This document shows positions 11,945 through 20,560 of a stretch of DNA of 32,000 nucleotides, one piece after another. The stretch's first letter is position 1. Every line of letters begins with the position of its first letter. Below the pieces are notes generated by a model. That model searched no databases. It saw only the letters and a program-made list of their open reading frames with translations, and was not told where the DNA came from. This DNA is from Candidatus Saganbacteria bacterium (GTDB lineage: Bacteria; Margulisbacteria; WOR-1; JAKLHX01), in the NCBI GenBank assembly GCA_026387835.1, contig JAPLKZ010000006.1, positions 1 to 32,000 on the forward strand, in the 5' to 3' direction. The translations under genes were made by a program, and so were the position numbers.

Positions 11945-11972
11945 CTATCGTTAACTCCTTGCCGAAATTTCA
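11945..11972 (-). promoter_or_regulatory. Candidate sigma-28 (FliA/SigD-type) promoter of gene B
   Basis: Minus-strand TGAAA-TTTCGGCAAGGAGTT-AACGATAG. Identical spacing to the gene A promoter, and preceded by the same AAGATTTATAAAA block at identical distance. Confidence 0.5.
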
Positions 11973-12025
11973 CGCATTTTTATAAATCTTCATGTAAAGA
12001 CCGGAAGATTTCCAAAATATTATTT

Positions 12026-12054
12026 TTGCACAACTGCCGTTAAAATGATAAAAT
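12026..12054 (+). promoter_or_regulatory. Possible housekeeping promoter for purL
   Basis: TTGCAC, 17-nt spacer, TAAAAT. The -10 ends only 9 nt before the purL ATG. Confidence 0.35.
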
Positions 12055-12063
12055 AAAGTTGAA

Positions 12064-14295
12064 ATGGACGAAAAAATCGTTGCCGAACACGGTCTCAGCA
12101 AAGAAGAATTCAATAAAATAAAGACGATCCTCGGAAGAGAGCCCAATATCGTAGAACTGGGAATGTACAGCGTCCTCTGGAGCGAGCACTGCTCATATAA
12201 GAGCTCTAAAATATACCTCAAGCAATTTCCCACAAAAGGGCCGCATATTCTTCAGGGGCCGGGAGAAAATGCGGGGATAATCGATATCGGCGACGGTTAC
12301 GCGATCACTATGAAGATAGAATCCCACAATCATCCCAGCCAGGTGGAACCTTTCCAGGGCGCGGCGACAGGAGTAGGAGGGATAGTCAGGGATGTTTTTA
12401 CGATGGGAGCCAGGCCGATAGCCTCATTAAATTCACTCAGGTTCGGTCCGCTTTCGGAACCACATAATAGATATCTGTTCGATGGTGTAGTGGCCGGCAT
12501 TTCTTCCTACGGGAATTGTCTGGGGCTGCCGACAGTCGCGGGAGAGGTCTATTTTGACCCTTCATATAGCGGGAATTGCCTGGTGAATGCGATGTGTGTG
12601 GGGATAGTAAAAATCCAAAATAAATCCAAAACTCAAAATCCAAATGAAGAATCGGAAATACCCGATGTGATAGTAAAGGCAAAAGCAGAAGGAATAGGAA
12701 ACCCGGTACTTTATGTGGGCTCTTCGACCGGACGGGACGGGATACACGGGGCGACGTTCGCATCGGTGGAGTTGAATGAGGATTCTACCGAGAGAAGGTC
12801 CAATGTCCAGGTAGGCGACCCTTTCACGGAAAAATTATTGATCGAAGCCTGTCTTGAGCTTCTCAAGACCGGCAATGTCATCGGCATGCAGGACATGGGC
12901 GCGGCAGGGATGACTTCCTCAACATCCGAAATGTCTTCCAGGGGAGGATGCGGGATGGAGATCGATATTTCCAGGGTCCCCCAGAGAGAAGAGGCCATGA
13001 CCCCTTACGAGATAATGCTTTCCGAATCGCAGGAAAGAATGGTCGTCGTGATGAAAAAAGGGACAGAAGACGATGCCTTCAGGATATTCAAAAAATGGGG
13101 GCTTAACGCCGTCGTAATGGGAAAAGTTACGGATGACGGGAGCCTGACGATAAAGGTCAAGGACAAGGTGGTCGCGCAGGTCCCTGCGCGCTCCCTTGCG
13201 GATGATGCGCCAGTTTATGAGAGACCTGTTGAGCAAATCCTAAATCCCCTTCGACTCCGCTCAGGGCAAGCGAAATCCGAAATTCGAAACAAATCCAAAA
13301 TAATAAATTCAAAATCCGGATATAATAAACACCTGTTATCGCTTTTATCTGATCCTAATATTGCGAGCAAGGCGTGGGTCTATGAGCAGTATGACCATAT
13401 GGTCCAAACGAATACTTCCGTGCTTCCGGGCAAAGGTGACGCGGCGGTGCTCCGGATAAAAGGGACCGATAAGATGATCGCGCTCACCACGGACGGTAAC
13501 GGCAGATACTGCTATTTTGATCCCTATAAAGGCGGGATGATAGCTGTTGCCGAAGCGGCAAGGAACCTTGTCTGTGTCGGAGCCAAGCCGATGGCGGTGA
13601 CCGACTGCCTCAATTTCGGGAACCCTGAAAAACCGCAGATAATGCAGCAGTTTAAGCTTTGCGTGAAGGGGCTGGCTGACGCGTGCAGGGCCTTTGAAAC
13701 GCCTGTCGTGTCGGGGAATGTAAGCTTTTACAACGAGACTGACAAAGCCGCCATTTATCCGACGCCCGTCATAGGGATGCTTGGCAGAATAGACAAAAAC
13801 GCGTGCTGCGATATGGCTTTCAGGGATAATGGAGACATCATCGTGCTTTTGGGGGTCAATAAAGAGGAACAGGGAGAGTGCCCTGACATCGACATAGAAC
13901 TTGAAAAAAGCGTGCAAAAAACAGCGTATGAAGCTATAAAGATCGGCGCCGTAAAAAGCGCCCACGATACTTCGGAAGGCGGCCTTGCCGCGGCTCTTTC
14001 CGAATGCTGCATAGAGGGCGGCAGGGGAGCGGTGGTAACGTTTGACGAAAAAATTGACAACGGGTCTCTTCTATTTGACGAGACACAGTCCAGGATAATC
14101 CTGACGATAGATCCTTCCCAGATATTCGTCCTAAATGATATCGCGATGCTTAACAAGACCCCTGTCGATATCATAGGAAAGGTCTCGGGAAAAAGCCTGA
14201 AGATCAGTAACGGAAAGAAAAAGCTCATCGACATGCCGGTCAACAGACTTTCCACTGCATATAAGAGCGCAATTTCCGATATAATGGGAGCTTAA
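12064..14295 (+). CDS. purL: Phosphoribosylformylglycinamidine synthase, large (PurL) subunit
   Basis: [84 protein letters not shown]-like segment. Two in-frame low-complexity insertions are noted. Confidence 0.96.
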   Translation: MDEKIVAEHGLSKEEFNKIKTILGREPNIVELGMYSVLWSEHCSYKSSKIYLKQFPTKGPHILQGPGENAGIIDIGDGYAITMKIESHNHPSQVEPFQGAATGVGGIVRDVFTMGARPIASLNSLRFGPLSEPHNRYLFDGVVAGISSYGNCLGLPTVAGEVYFDPSYSGNCLVNAMCVGIVKIQNKSKTQNPNEESEIPDVIVKAKAEGIGNPVLYVGSSTGRDGIHGATFASVELNEDSTERRSNVQVGDPFTEKLLIEACLELLKTGNVIGMQDMGAAGMTSSTSEMSSRGGCGMEIDISRVPQREEAMTPYEIMLSESQERMVVVMKKGTEDDAFRIFKKWGLNAVVMGKVTDDGSLTIKVKDKVVAQVPARSLADDAPVYERPVEQILNPLRLRSGQAKSEIRNKSKIINSKSGYNKHLLSLLSDPNIASKAWVYEQYDHMVQTNTSVLPGKGDAAVLRIKGTDKMIALTTDGNGRYCYFDPYKGGMIAVAEAARNLVCVGAKPMAVTDCLNFGNPEKPQIMQQFKLCVKGLADACRAFETPVVSGNVSFYNETDKAAIYPTPVIGMLGRIDKNACCDMAFRDNGDIIVLLGVNKEEQGECPDIDIELEKSVQKTAYEAIKIGAVKSAHDTSEGGLAAALSECCIEGGRGAVVTFDEKIDNGSLLFDETQSRIILTIDPSQIFVLNDIAMLNKTPVDIIGKVSGKSLKISNGKKKLIDMPVNRLSTAYKSAISDIMGA
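12609..12660 (+). repeat. In-frame repeat-like insertion in purL ([17 protein letters not shown])
   Basis: AAAATCCAAAATAAATCCAAAACTCAAAATCCAAA tract sits between [10 protein letters not shown] and [15 protein letters not shown], where PurL homologs normally continue directly. Confidence 0.6.
13234..13320 (+). repeat. In-frame repeat-like insertion in purL ([26 protein letters not shown])
   Basis: Contains CCCTTCGACTCCGCTCAGGG (13247-13266) followed by AAATCCGAAATTCGAAACAAATCCAAAATAATAAATTCAAAATCC. Located in the linker before [23 protein letters not shown]. Confidence 0.65.
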
Positions 14296-14296
14296 A

Positions 14297-14914
14297 TTGG
14301 AAGCAACAGGCATAGTAGTACTTCTGATATTTGTAGTGACTATCCTTTCAAGCATGGGAGGGAAAGCCCCGGAACGGCCAGTTCCCACACCTACGGCGCA
14401 GGTCATACAGATAGATGTTTCAACGCTCCCTCCGGCAACTTATACACAGGCGTTGGATCCGGAGACGGAAAGTGCTGTCTCCAGGTATATCGCTTCACAT
14501 GCTAAAAAGATCTCTCAGGATGATGCCAGAACGATCTCTGACGCTGTGATAAAATACTGCCAACAATATGACATAAACCCTAAGTTGCTGACGGGGATGA
14601 TCGAAAGAGAATCCGGCTTTGACCCGACATGCGTCTCGCCTTCCAATGCCCAGGGCCTTGCGCAGCTACTACCTTCAACGGCAGCCGGTATCGGGATAAG
14701 GGACCCGTTCGACCTTGATCAAGGCGTTAAAGGATCGGCCCTTTATCTCAGGATGATGATGGACAGATGGCCGGGATACCCGAACCAGGTCGCACTGGCG
14801 CTTGCTTCTTACGCCGAAGGCCCAAACCAGGTCAGCAGGAACGGAGCGGCTTACTCGGAAGCGACTGCCGGTTATATCCGGGATATTATCAATATTTGTA
14901 ATTCTATAAAATAG
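14297..14914 (+). CDS. Lytic transglycosylase (SLT domain), membrane-anchored
   Basis: N-terminal TM, then INPKLLTGMIERESGFDPTCVSPSNAQGLAQLLPSTAAGIGIRDPFD...NQVALALASYAEGPNQV. Confidence 0.88.
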   Translation: MEATGIVVLLIFVVTILSSMGGKAPERPVPTPTAQVIQIDVSTLPPATYTQALDPETESAVSRYIASHAKKISQDDARTISDAVIKYCQQYDINPKLLTGMIERESGFDPTCVSPSNAQGLAQLLPSTAAGIGIRDPFDLDQGVKGSALYLRMMMDRWPGYPNQVALALASYAEGPNQVSRNGAAYSEATAGYIRDIINICNSIK

Positions 14915-14989
14915 CATTATCATGGCGGGCCATGAACCATGCGCTTCGCTTAGGTTTATGGCAGGCAAATTGCTCATGATCCACGCAGG

Positions 14990-15601
14990 ATGCTCGAAGA
15001 ACTCTTCAAGAACAATAAAAAACTTTTTTACGGCTTAGCCATCGCCTTATTTATTCTCGGCGGGCTGGTCACAGTGTACAACAGGATGTCGAAAAATCCT
15101 ACAATCCCGGACGAAACACAGGGATTCAATAATATTCAGGTGCAGGAACAAAAGCCTCTGGAGATCTATGTCCATATCGCGGGGGCGGTAAAAAGGCCCG
15201 GATTATACAGATTTGACCCGTCATGCAGGGCAGCTGACGCTGTCATTGCCGCGGGAGGTTTTGTGCGGAACGCTGATGAAGGAAAGATAAATCTTGCGCA
15301 GCCACTGAAGGATGGGCAAAAATTGGATATACCGTTTTCGGGAGAAATTCCGCTGACAACAAAGGCCAAAGAAGCCGGAAAAGAAAAAAAGACCGGAAAA
15401 GGAGCCGAAATAATAAATATAAACAGTGCAGATGAGAAAGGGCTTGAAAATATCCCCTGCGTCGGGCCTTCTCTTGCGAAAAAGATAGCGGACTTCAGGA
15501 CCGTAAACGGACCTTTCCAAAATATAGAAGACCTTAAAAATGTTCCTGGGGTGGGGGATAAGAAGTTTGAAAAACTTAGGCCGTACATCACGGTCAACTG
15601 A
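14990..15601 (+). CDS. comEA: ComEA-like DNA-binding competence protein
   Basis: N-terminal TM, SLBB-like VHIAGAVKRPGLYRFDPSCRAADAVIAAGG, C-terminal helix-hairpin-helix INSADEKGLENIPCVGPSLAKKIADFRTVNGPFQNIEDLKNVPGVGDKKFEKLRPYI. Confidence 0.92.
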   Translation: MLEELFKNNKKLFYGLAIALFILGGLVTVYNRMSKNPTIPDETQGFNNIQVQEQKPLEIYVHIAGAVKRPGLYRFDPSCRAADAVIAAGGFVRNADEGKINLAQPLKDGQKLDIPFSGEIPLTTKAKEAGKEKKTGKGAEIININSADEKGLENIPCVGPSLAKKIADFRTVNGPFQNIEDLKNVPGVGDKKFEKLRPYITVN

Positions 15602-15615
15602 TCCGGGGTAGTAAT

Positions 15616-17823
15616 ATGAACCGCCCTTTGGTCGTCATAACTCTTATATATATAACCATTATAATAGCGGTGCATCAACTGACCGGTGCTTTTGGAGGCG
15701 GAAGTAAAAAAGAGTTCTCAAGGTATGTGACCCTTGCCGGCACTGTCGACAGCGAGCCTGTCTTCGGTGAAAAGACCATATCTTTTGTGTTGAAGGCTAA
15801 ATACTTAATAAAGAACAAGAAGCAAGTCCCTTTTGGCAAAAAAATAGTTGTTTTTCTGCTGGACAAGGGCGCTAAGGTATCATACGGAGACCTTGTAAGG
15901 TTAAAAGGCATCATTAGCAGCGCAAAAGAGCCGTCCAATCCGGACCAGTTTGATTACGGCGGCTTTCTGGAAAGATCGGGAGTTGCCGGACAATTATCGG
16001 TTTTTGATCCGTCAGAAAATAATTTTAAAGTAATGGCAAAAGATAAAGGTAATATCTTTATCTCGCAAAGCCTGAAGCTTAAGGACCGCCTGATAGCGGC
16101 GCATAAAAAGAATATGCCCGAACCTTATGCCTCGGTCTTTGGCAGTGTCATTTTCGGATTAAAGGCCTCTCCGGTATCCGACGAGATAAAAAGTGATTTT
16201 CAAAGGTCCGGAGTGATGCATATCCTTGTCGCATCCGGACAGCAGGTATCGATACTCATCGGAGTTACGATGGCGGCAGGGAGGCTGATCGGCCTTTCCG
16301 AAGGATTTACGGCCGTTATCACTTCTTTGATAATATGGTCGTTCACGGCGATGGCCGGGTTCGGGTCCTCGATACTGCGTGCCGCAATAATGGGCCAGGT
16401 GGTCATCGCGGCGCCGATACTCGGCAGGGAAAGCGATTTTTACAGCTCTTTCGCGCTTTCGGCTCTCATCCTGCTCGTGATCAACCCGTTCAACCTGTTC
16501 GATATCGGTTTCCAGCTGTCATTCCTCGCGACATGGTCGCTCGTGTACGCGGCTCCTGTCATCGAATCAGAGCTCTCAAAACATATGCACAAGCTGCTTT
16601 CTTCGTCCCTTTCGGTCGCCGCGGCACCCGTACTGGTGACGATCCCGATATCCGTGTTCTATTTTTCGCAGATGACTTTCATCGCGTTCATCTCGAATAT
16701 ATTAGTGGTGCCGCTTGCCGAAGCTCTTACGACGATAGGCTTCATATCGACCGCGGTCTCCGCTTTTTTCGAGCCGGCCGCGGCCGCTGTCGACGGGATC
16801 AACTATATCCTTACAAAACTTCTCTGCGTGCTTGCCCGGTCGTTCGCGTCAGTACCTTCGGCGTGCGCGTACGTAAGACAGCCGCATATAATACTAGTCT
16901 TGATATATTATTGTTTTGTTGTATATTTAATTGAAGAGATCCGGAAAGAAAGGCTCATCAAAATGATCGGAAAATTCAAGCATACCGCGGCCGTTCTTCT
17001 GCTGCTCGGCTTTCTTTTATTTTCGATCTCACCTGTCGTCCTTGCGAAGCAGGACCTTAAGGTGACCGTCCTAGACGTCGGGCAGGGCGACAGTATTTTT
17101 ATTAAAATGCCTGACGGCGAGAACATACTGATCGACGGCGGGACCGGCAAAGCGGGCAAGAATATCGTCCTTCCTTTCCTGCAAAAACAGGGGGTGAACA
17201 TGCTGGACTATGCGGTACTGACGCACCCGCATGAGGACCATCTCGGAGGGCTCTTAAATATTATCGGGAAAGTAAAGGTCAATACCATTATGGACAGCGG
17301 TTACGGGGAAACTTCGGGTTTCTATTACAGTTTCCTGCAGCTTGTGCAGTCCAACAAGATAAAGTATCTGAAGGGGAGGGCCGGCCAGATCTACAGGTTC
17401 GGCGGAGCGACTCTCGAGGTCCTGGCTCCTTTTAATACGGAGATCACCGGCACTATTTCGGATCCCAACAACAATTCTATAGTAATGAGGCTGCTTTACG
17501 GCAATACCTCGTTCCTTTTTGCGGGAGATGCCGCGTTCGAGGAAGAGAACGAAATACTTAGCAGGTTCAAAAATATCAAAAGCGGCATCCTGAAAATAGG
17601 GCACCACGGAAGCGCGACCTCATCATCCTATGATTTCATAAAGGCTGTGTCGCCCGGGACGGCGATGATATCCGTAGGTCTGAACAACAGGTATAATCTT
17701 CCCAGCAAAAGGACCGTCATGTTGCTCGAAAAACTGGGGATCAATATCGTCCGGACCGACATGCGCGGAGCGATAATCCTTACCAGTGACGGCAGATCGG
17801 TCAAAGTGACAACGATCAAATAG
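15616..17823 (+). CDS. comEC: ComEC/Rec2-family DNA internalisation protein
   Basis: 735 aa polytopic with ILVASGQQVSILIG competence domain and C-terminal metallo-beta-lactamase-like domain (TVLDVGQGDSIFIKMPDGENILIDGGTG, LTHPHEDHLGGL, KIGHHGSATSSS). Confidence 0.93.
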   Translation: MNRPLVVITLIYITIIIAVHQLTGAFGGGSKKEFSRYVTLAGTVDSEPVFGEKTISFVLKAKYLIKNKKQVPFGKKIVVFLLDKGAKVSYGDLVRLKGIISSAKEPSNPDQFDYGGFLERSGVAGQLSVFDPSENNFKVMAKDKGNIFISQSLKLKDRLIAAHKKNMPEPYASVFGSVIFGLKASPVSDEIKSDFQRSGVMHILVASGQQVSILIGVTMAAGRLIGLSEGFTAVITSLIIWSFTAMAGFGSSILRAAIMGQVVIAAPILGRESDFYSSFALSALILLVINPFNLFDIGFQLSFLATWSLVYAAPVIESELSKHMHKLLSSSLSVAAAPVLVTIPISVFYFSQMTFIAFISNILVVPLAEALTTIGFISTAVSAFFEPAAAAVDGINYILTKLLCVLARSFASVPSACAYVRQPHIILVLIYYCFVVYLIEEIRKERLIKMIGKFKHTAAVLLLLGFLLFSISPVVLAKQDLKVTVLDVGQGDSIFIKMPDGENILIDGGTGKAGKNIVLPFLQKQGVNMLDYAVLTHPHEDHLGGLLNIIGKVKVNTIMDSGYGETSGFYYSFLQLVQSNKIKYLKGRAGQIYRFGGATLEVLAPFNTEITGTISDPNNNSIVMRLLYGNTSFLFAGDAAFEEENEILSRFKNIKSGILKIGHHGSATSSSYDFIKAVSPGTAMISVGLNNRYNLPSKRTVMLLEKLGINIVRTDMRGAIILTSDGRSVKVTTIK

Positions 17824-17850
17824 ACCTCGATAACAAGGTCATGATATAAT
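17821..17850 (+). promoter_or_regulatory. Possible housekeeping promoter for asd
   Basis: TAGACC, 18-nt spacer, perfect TATAAT. asd ATG at 17870. Confidence 0.35.
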
Positions 17851-17869
17851 CTTTAAAAAGGTATTATAT

Positions 17870-18886
17870 ATGGCAAAAAAATACGATATAGCCGTGCTTG
17901 GCGCGACCGGAATGGTCGGCCAGGAGATGTTAAGAGTGCTTGAGGAAAGAAATTTTCCCGTTGGAAGATTATTGCCTCTGGCATCTCAGAGGACCGCAGG
18001 CTCGGCCGTAAAATTTAAAGGGCAAACGCTCAAAGTCGAACTCGCAGAACCTGATTCCTTCAAAGGCATACAGATAGGCCTTTTTTCGGCCGGAGCATCG
18101 ATATCCGAAAAATTCGCTCCGGAAGCGGTCAAAAGAGGAACGGTCATCATCGATAACACTTCATTTTTCAGGATGGACCCGGAAGTCCCCCTGGTCGTGC
18201 CCGAAGTGAACCCTCAGGCGATAAAAAGGCATAAAGGGATAATAGCGAATCCGAACTGCTCGACCGCGCAGATGGTGGTTGTACTGAAACCCATCCATGA
18301 CGCGTTCAAGATCAAAAGAATAGTCGTTTCCACTTATCAATCGGTGTCAGGATGGGGAAAAGAAGCGGTAGATGAGCTCTATGCCCAGATGAAAGCCTGG
18401 CTCGACAAAAAGCCTATTGAGGTCAAAATACTGCCAAAGCAGATACTTCTGAATGTCATACCGCAGATAGATTCCTTTGTCGAAAGCGGCTACACAAAAG
18501 AAGAACTGAAGATGATAAACGAGACCAAAAAAATAATGGAAGATGATTCTATAGCGGTGACGGCCACGACCGTGAGGGTCCCCGTTATCATCGGTCACAG
18601 CGAAGCGGTCAATATCGAGACCGTAAGGCCGGTCACGGCGGAAGCTGTCAGGGACCTTTTGCGCAAAGCGCCCGGGGTAAAAGTCGTCGACGACCCAAAA
18701 AATAAGGAATATCCGACTGCCATAGATTGTGTCGGGATCGACGATGCTCTTGTCGGCCGCATAAGGAAAGACCCGTCTGTTCCGAACGGGATCGACCTCT
18801 GGATCGTTTCCGACAACCTGCGAAAAGGCGCGGCGACAAATGCCGTGCAGATAGCCGAAGAAATGATAGAACAGGGGCTTTTATGA
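17870..18886 (+). CDS. asd: Aspartate-semialdehyde dehydrogenase
   Basis: AVLGATGMVGQEMLRVLEERNFPV, IANPNCSTAQMVVVLKPIHD, VSTYQSVSGWGKEAV, RVPVIIGHSEAVNIE. Confidence 0.96.
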   Translation: MAKKYDIAVLGATGMVGQEMLRVLEERNFPVGRLLPLASQRTAGSAVKFKGQTLKVELAEPDSFKGIQIGLFSAGASISEKFAPEAVKRGTVIIDNTSFFRMDPEVPLVVPEVNPQAIKRHKGIIANPNCSTAQMVVVLKPIHDAFKIKRIVVSTYQSVSGWGKEAVDELYAQMKAWLDKKPIEVKILPKQILLNVIPQIDSFVESGYTKEELKMINETKKIMEDDSIAVTATTVRVPVIIGHSEAVNIETVRPVTAEAVRDLLRKAPGVKVVDDPKNKEYPTAIDCVGIDDALVGRIRKDPSVPNGIDLWIVSDNLRKGAATNAVQIAEEMIEQGLL

Positions 18887-19914
18887 GGAAGGAATATTTA
18901 ATAAAAAAGTCCCCATATGTGGATTTTCTCCAAAGGGTGCTTGTGCCTTTTTGCGTGGTGTTGGGGACGATCTCTATCGGTACGGTCGGATATATCATCA
19001 TCGAGAAAATGTCGTTCCTGGATGCCGTTTACGTGACATTGACGACGATCTCGACCACAAGCGCTCATATCCAGATCAAACCTTTCTCCGTTGCAGGAGA
19101 GATGTTTTCAGTGCTTTTCGTGTTCATCGCGGTCTTCACGGTGATCTACGCGGCAGGAGCAATAATTGAGTTCATCGTCGAGGGGAACATGATCGGATTA
19201 AGAAGGAGGAGAAAAATGGATAAAATGCTTGAAAGTATCAAAGACCATTACATTATTTCGGGTTTCGGAAGAGTAGGGCACACGATAGCCCAGCAGTTTG
19301 CAGCGGAAAGAATTCCGTTCGTAGTAATAGATGCGAAACCGGAAACAGCCAACGAGCTTGAACCAAAAGGCATACCTTTCGTGATAGGTAATGTCTCATC
19401 CGATGAAGTGCTGGAAAAAGCCGGGATCAAAAGAGCCAAAGGTCTGGTAGCGGCAGCTGACTCCGATACCGAGAATGTCTATGTCACGCTGACGGCAAAG
19501 GTAATGAACCCCTCGCTCTTTGTCATCGCGAGAGCGGGCCACAAAGAGACTGAAAACAAATTAAAAAAAGCGGGCGCGGACAAGATGATCTCGCCGTATT
19601 TCATTGCCGGGAGCAAGATGGCTTCAATGGCGATAAGGCCGGTATCCGTTGATTTTCTGGACAATGTGATCGGGACCGAGAACGTAGAGCTCTGTATGAA
19701 AGAGATCACGGTCAAAGAAAATACCCACCTTGCAGGCAGGACCCTGGGAGAAGCGCAGATAAGGCAGGTATCAGGAGCGATAATCCTTACGATAAAAAAG
19801 AAGGACGGCAAGTTCGAGGTCACTCCGAAAGCGGACAGCAGAATGAACGTTGGCGACATCATAATCGCGCTTGGCACGGGCGAGCAGCTTGAACGGTTGC
19901 AAAAGTTGGCGTGA
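18883..19914 (+). CDS. Two-TM pore-like protein with TrkA-N/RCK and TrkA-C domains (potassium channel-like)
   Basis: Start ATG at 18883 overlaps asd stop (track ORF begins earlier at 18727). HYIISGFGRVGHTIAQQFAAERIPFVVID...DADSDTENVYVTLTAK-like RCK and C-terminal TrkA-C domain. Pore filter is non-canonical. Confidence 0.85.
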   Translation: MRKEYLIKKSPYVDFLQRVLVPFCVVLGTISIGTVGYIIIEKMSFLDAVYVTLTTISTTSAHIQIKPFSVAGEMFSVLFVFIAVFTVIYAAGAIIEFIVEGNMIGLRRRRKMDKMLESIKDHYIISGFGRVGHTIAQQFAAERIPFVVIDAKPETANELEPKGIPFVIGNVSSDEVLEKAGIKRAKGLVAAADSDTENVYVTLTAKVMNPSLFVIARAGHKETENKLKKAGADKMISPYFIAGSKMASMAIRPVSVDFLDNVIGTENVELCMKEITVKENTHLAGRTLGEAQIRQVSGAIILTIKKKDGKFEVTPKADSRMNVGDIIIALGTGEQLERLQKLA

Positions 19915-19948
19915 ATGATCTTAAGAGAACAGGAAATAGGAGCAAAAC

Positions 19949-20560
19949 ATGTTTGAAGATATCAAAGCTGTCTTTGAGCGCGATCCGGCTGCAAAGAACA
20001 TATTGGAAGTACTGTTTTATCCGGGAGTCTGGGCGATTTATATCCATAGAGCCACACATTTTCTATACAAATTAGGGGTTCCTTTTATTCCGCGCTTTAT
20101 TTCACAGTTAAGCAGGTTCTTAACAGGGATAGAGATCCACCCGGGTGCCAGGATCGGGAAAAGTTTTTTCATCGACCACGGCATGGGAGTTGTCATAGGA
20201 GAAACCACTGTCATAGGAGACCATGTCACTATATACCAGGGAGTGACCCTTGGCGGCACCGGCAAGGAAAAAGGGAAACGCCATCCCACGATAGGAAATA
20301 ACGTGATCATCGGGGCGGAAGCGATAATACTCGGCAACATCAATATCAGCGATAATTCAAGGGTAGGCGCCGGAGCCGTGGTCACAAAATCAGTATGTCC
20401 TGATTGCACCATCGTCGGCAATCCTGCGAGGGTGATCGTGCGTGAAGGCAAAAAAGTCGGCGATCTCGAGCATGCCGACCTTCCGGATCCTGTAGGCAAT
20501 GCTTTGGAAGACCTGCAGAAAAGGATAGAAGCTTTGGAAAAGAAGCTCGAGGGAAAATAA
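19949..20560 (+). CDS. cysE: Serine O-acetyltransferase
   Basis: Left-handed beta-helix protein: [46 protein letters not shown]...[21 protein letters not shown]. Confidence 0.93.
   Translation: MFEDIKAVFERDPAAKNILEVLFYPGVWAIYIHRATHFLYKLGVPFIPRFISQLSRFLTGIEIHPGARIGKSFFIDHGMGVVIGETTVIGDHVTIYQGVTLGGTGKEKGKRHPTIGNNVIIGAEAIILGNINISDNSRVGAGAVVTKSVCPDCTIVGNPARVIVREGKKVGDLEHADLPDPVGNALEDLQKRIEALEKKLEGK

Noticed and set aside
14915-14989. Short GC-rich interval (ATGGCGGGCCATGAACCATGCGC) between the lytic transglycosylase gene and comEA, considered as an RNA or repeat
   Set aside because: Only weak short inverted repeats and no convincing structure or second copy in the window.
16335-16934. 199-aa plus-strand ORF overlapping comEC in another frame
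   Set aside because: It lies entirely within the well supported comEC coding sequence. Its composition is R/G/H-rich, typical of out-of-frame translation.
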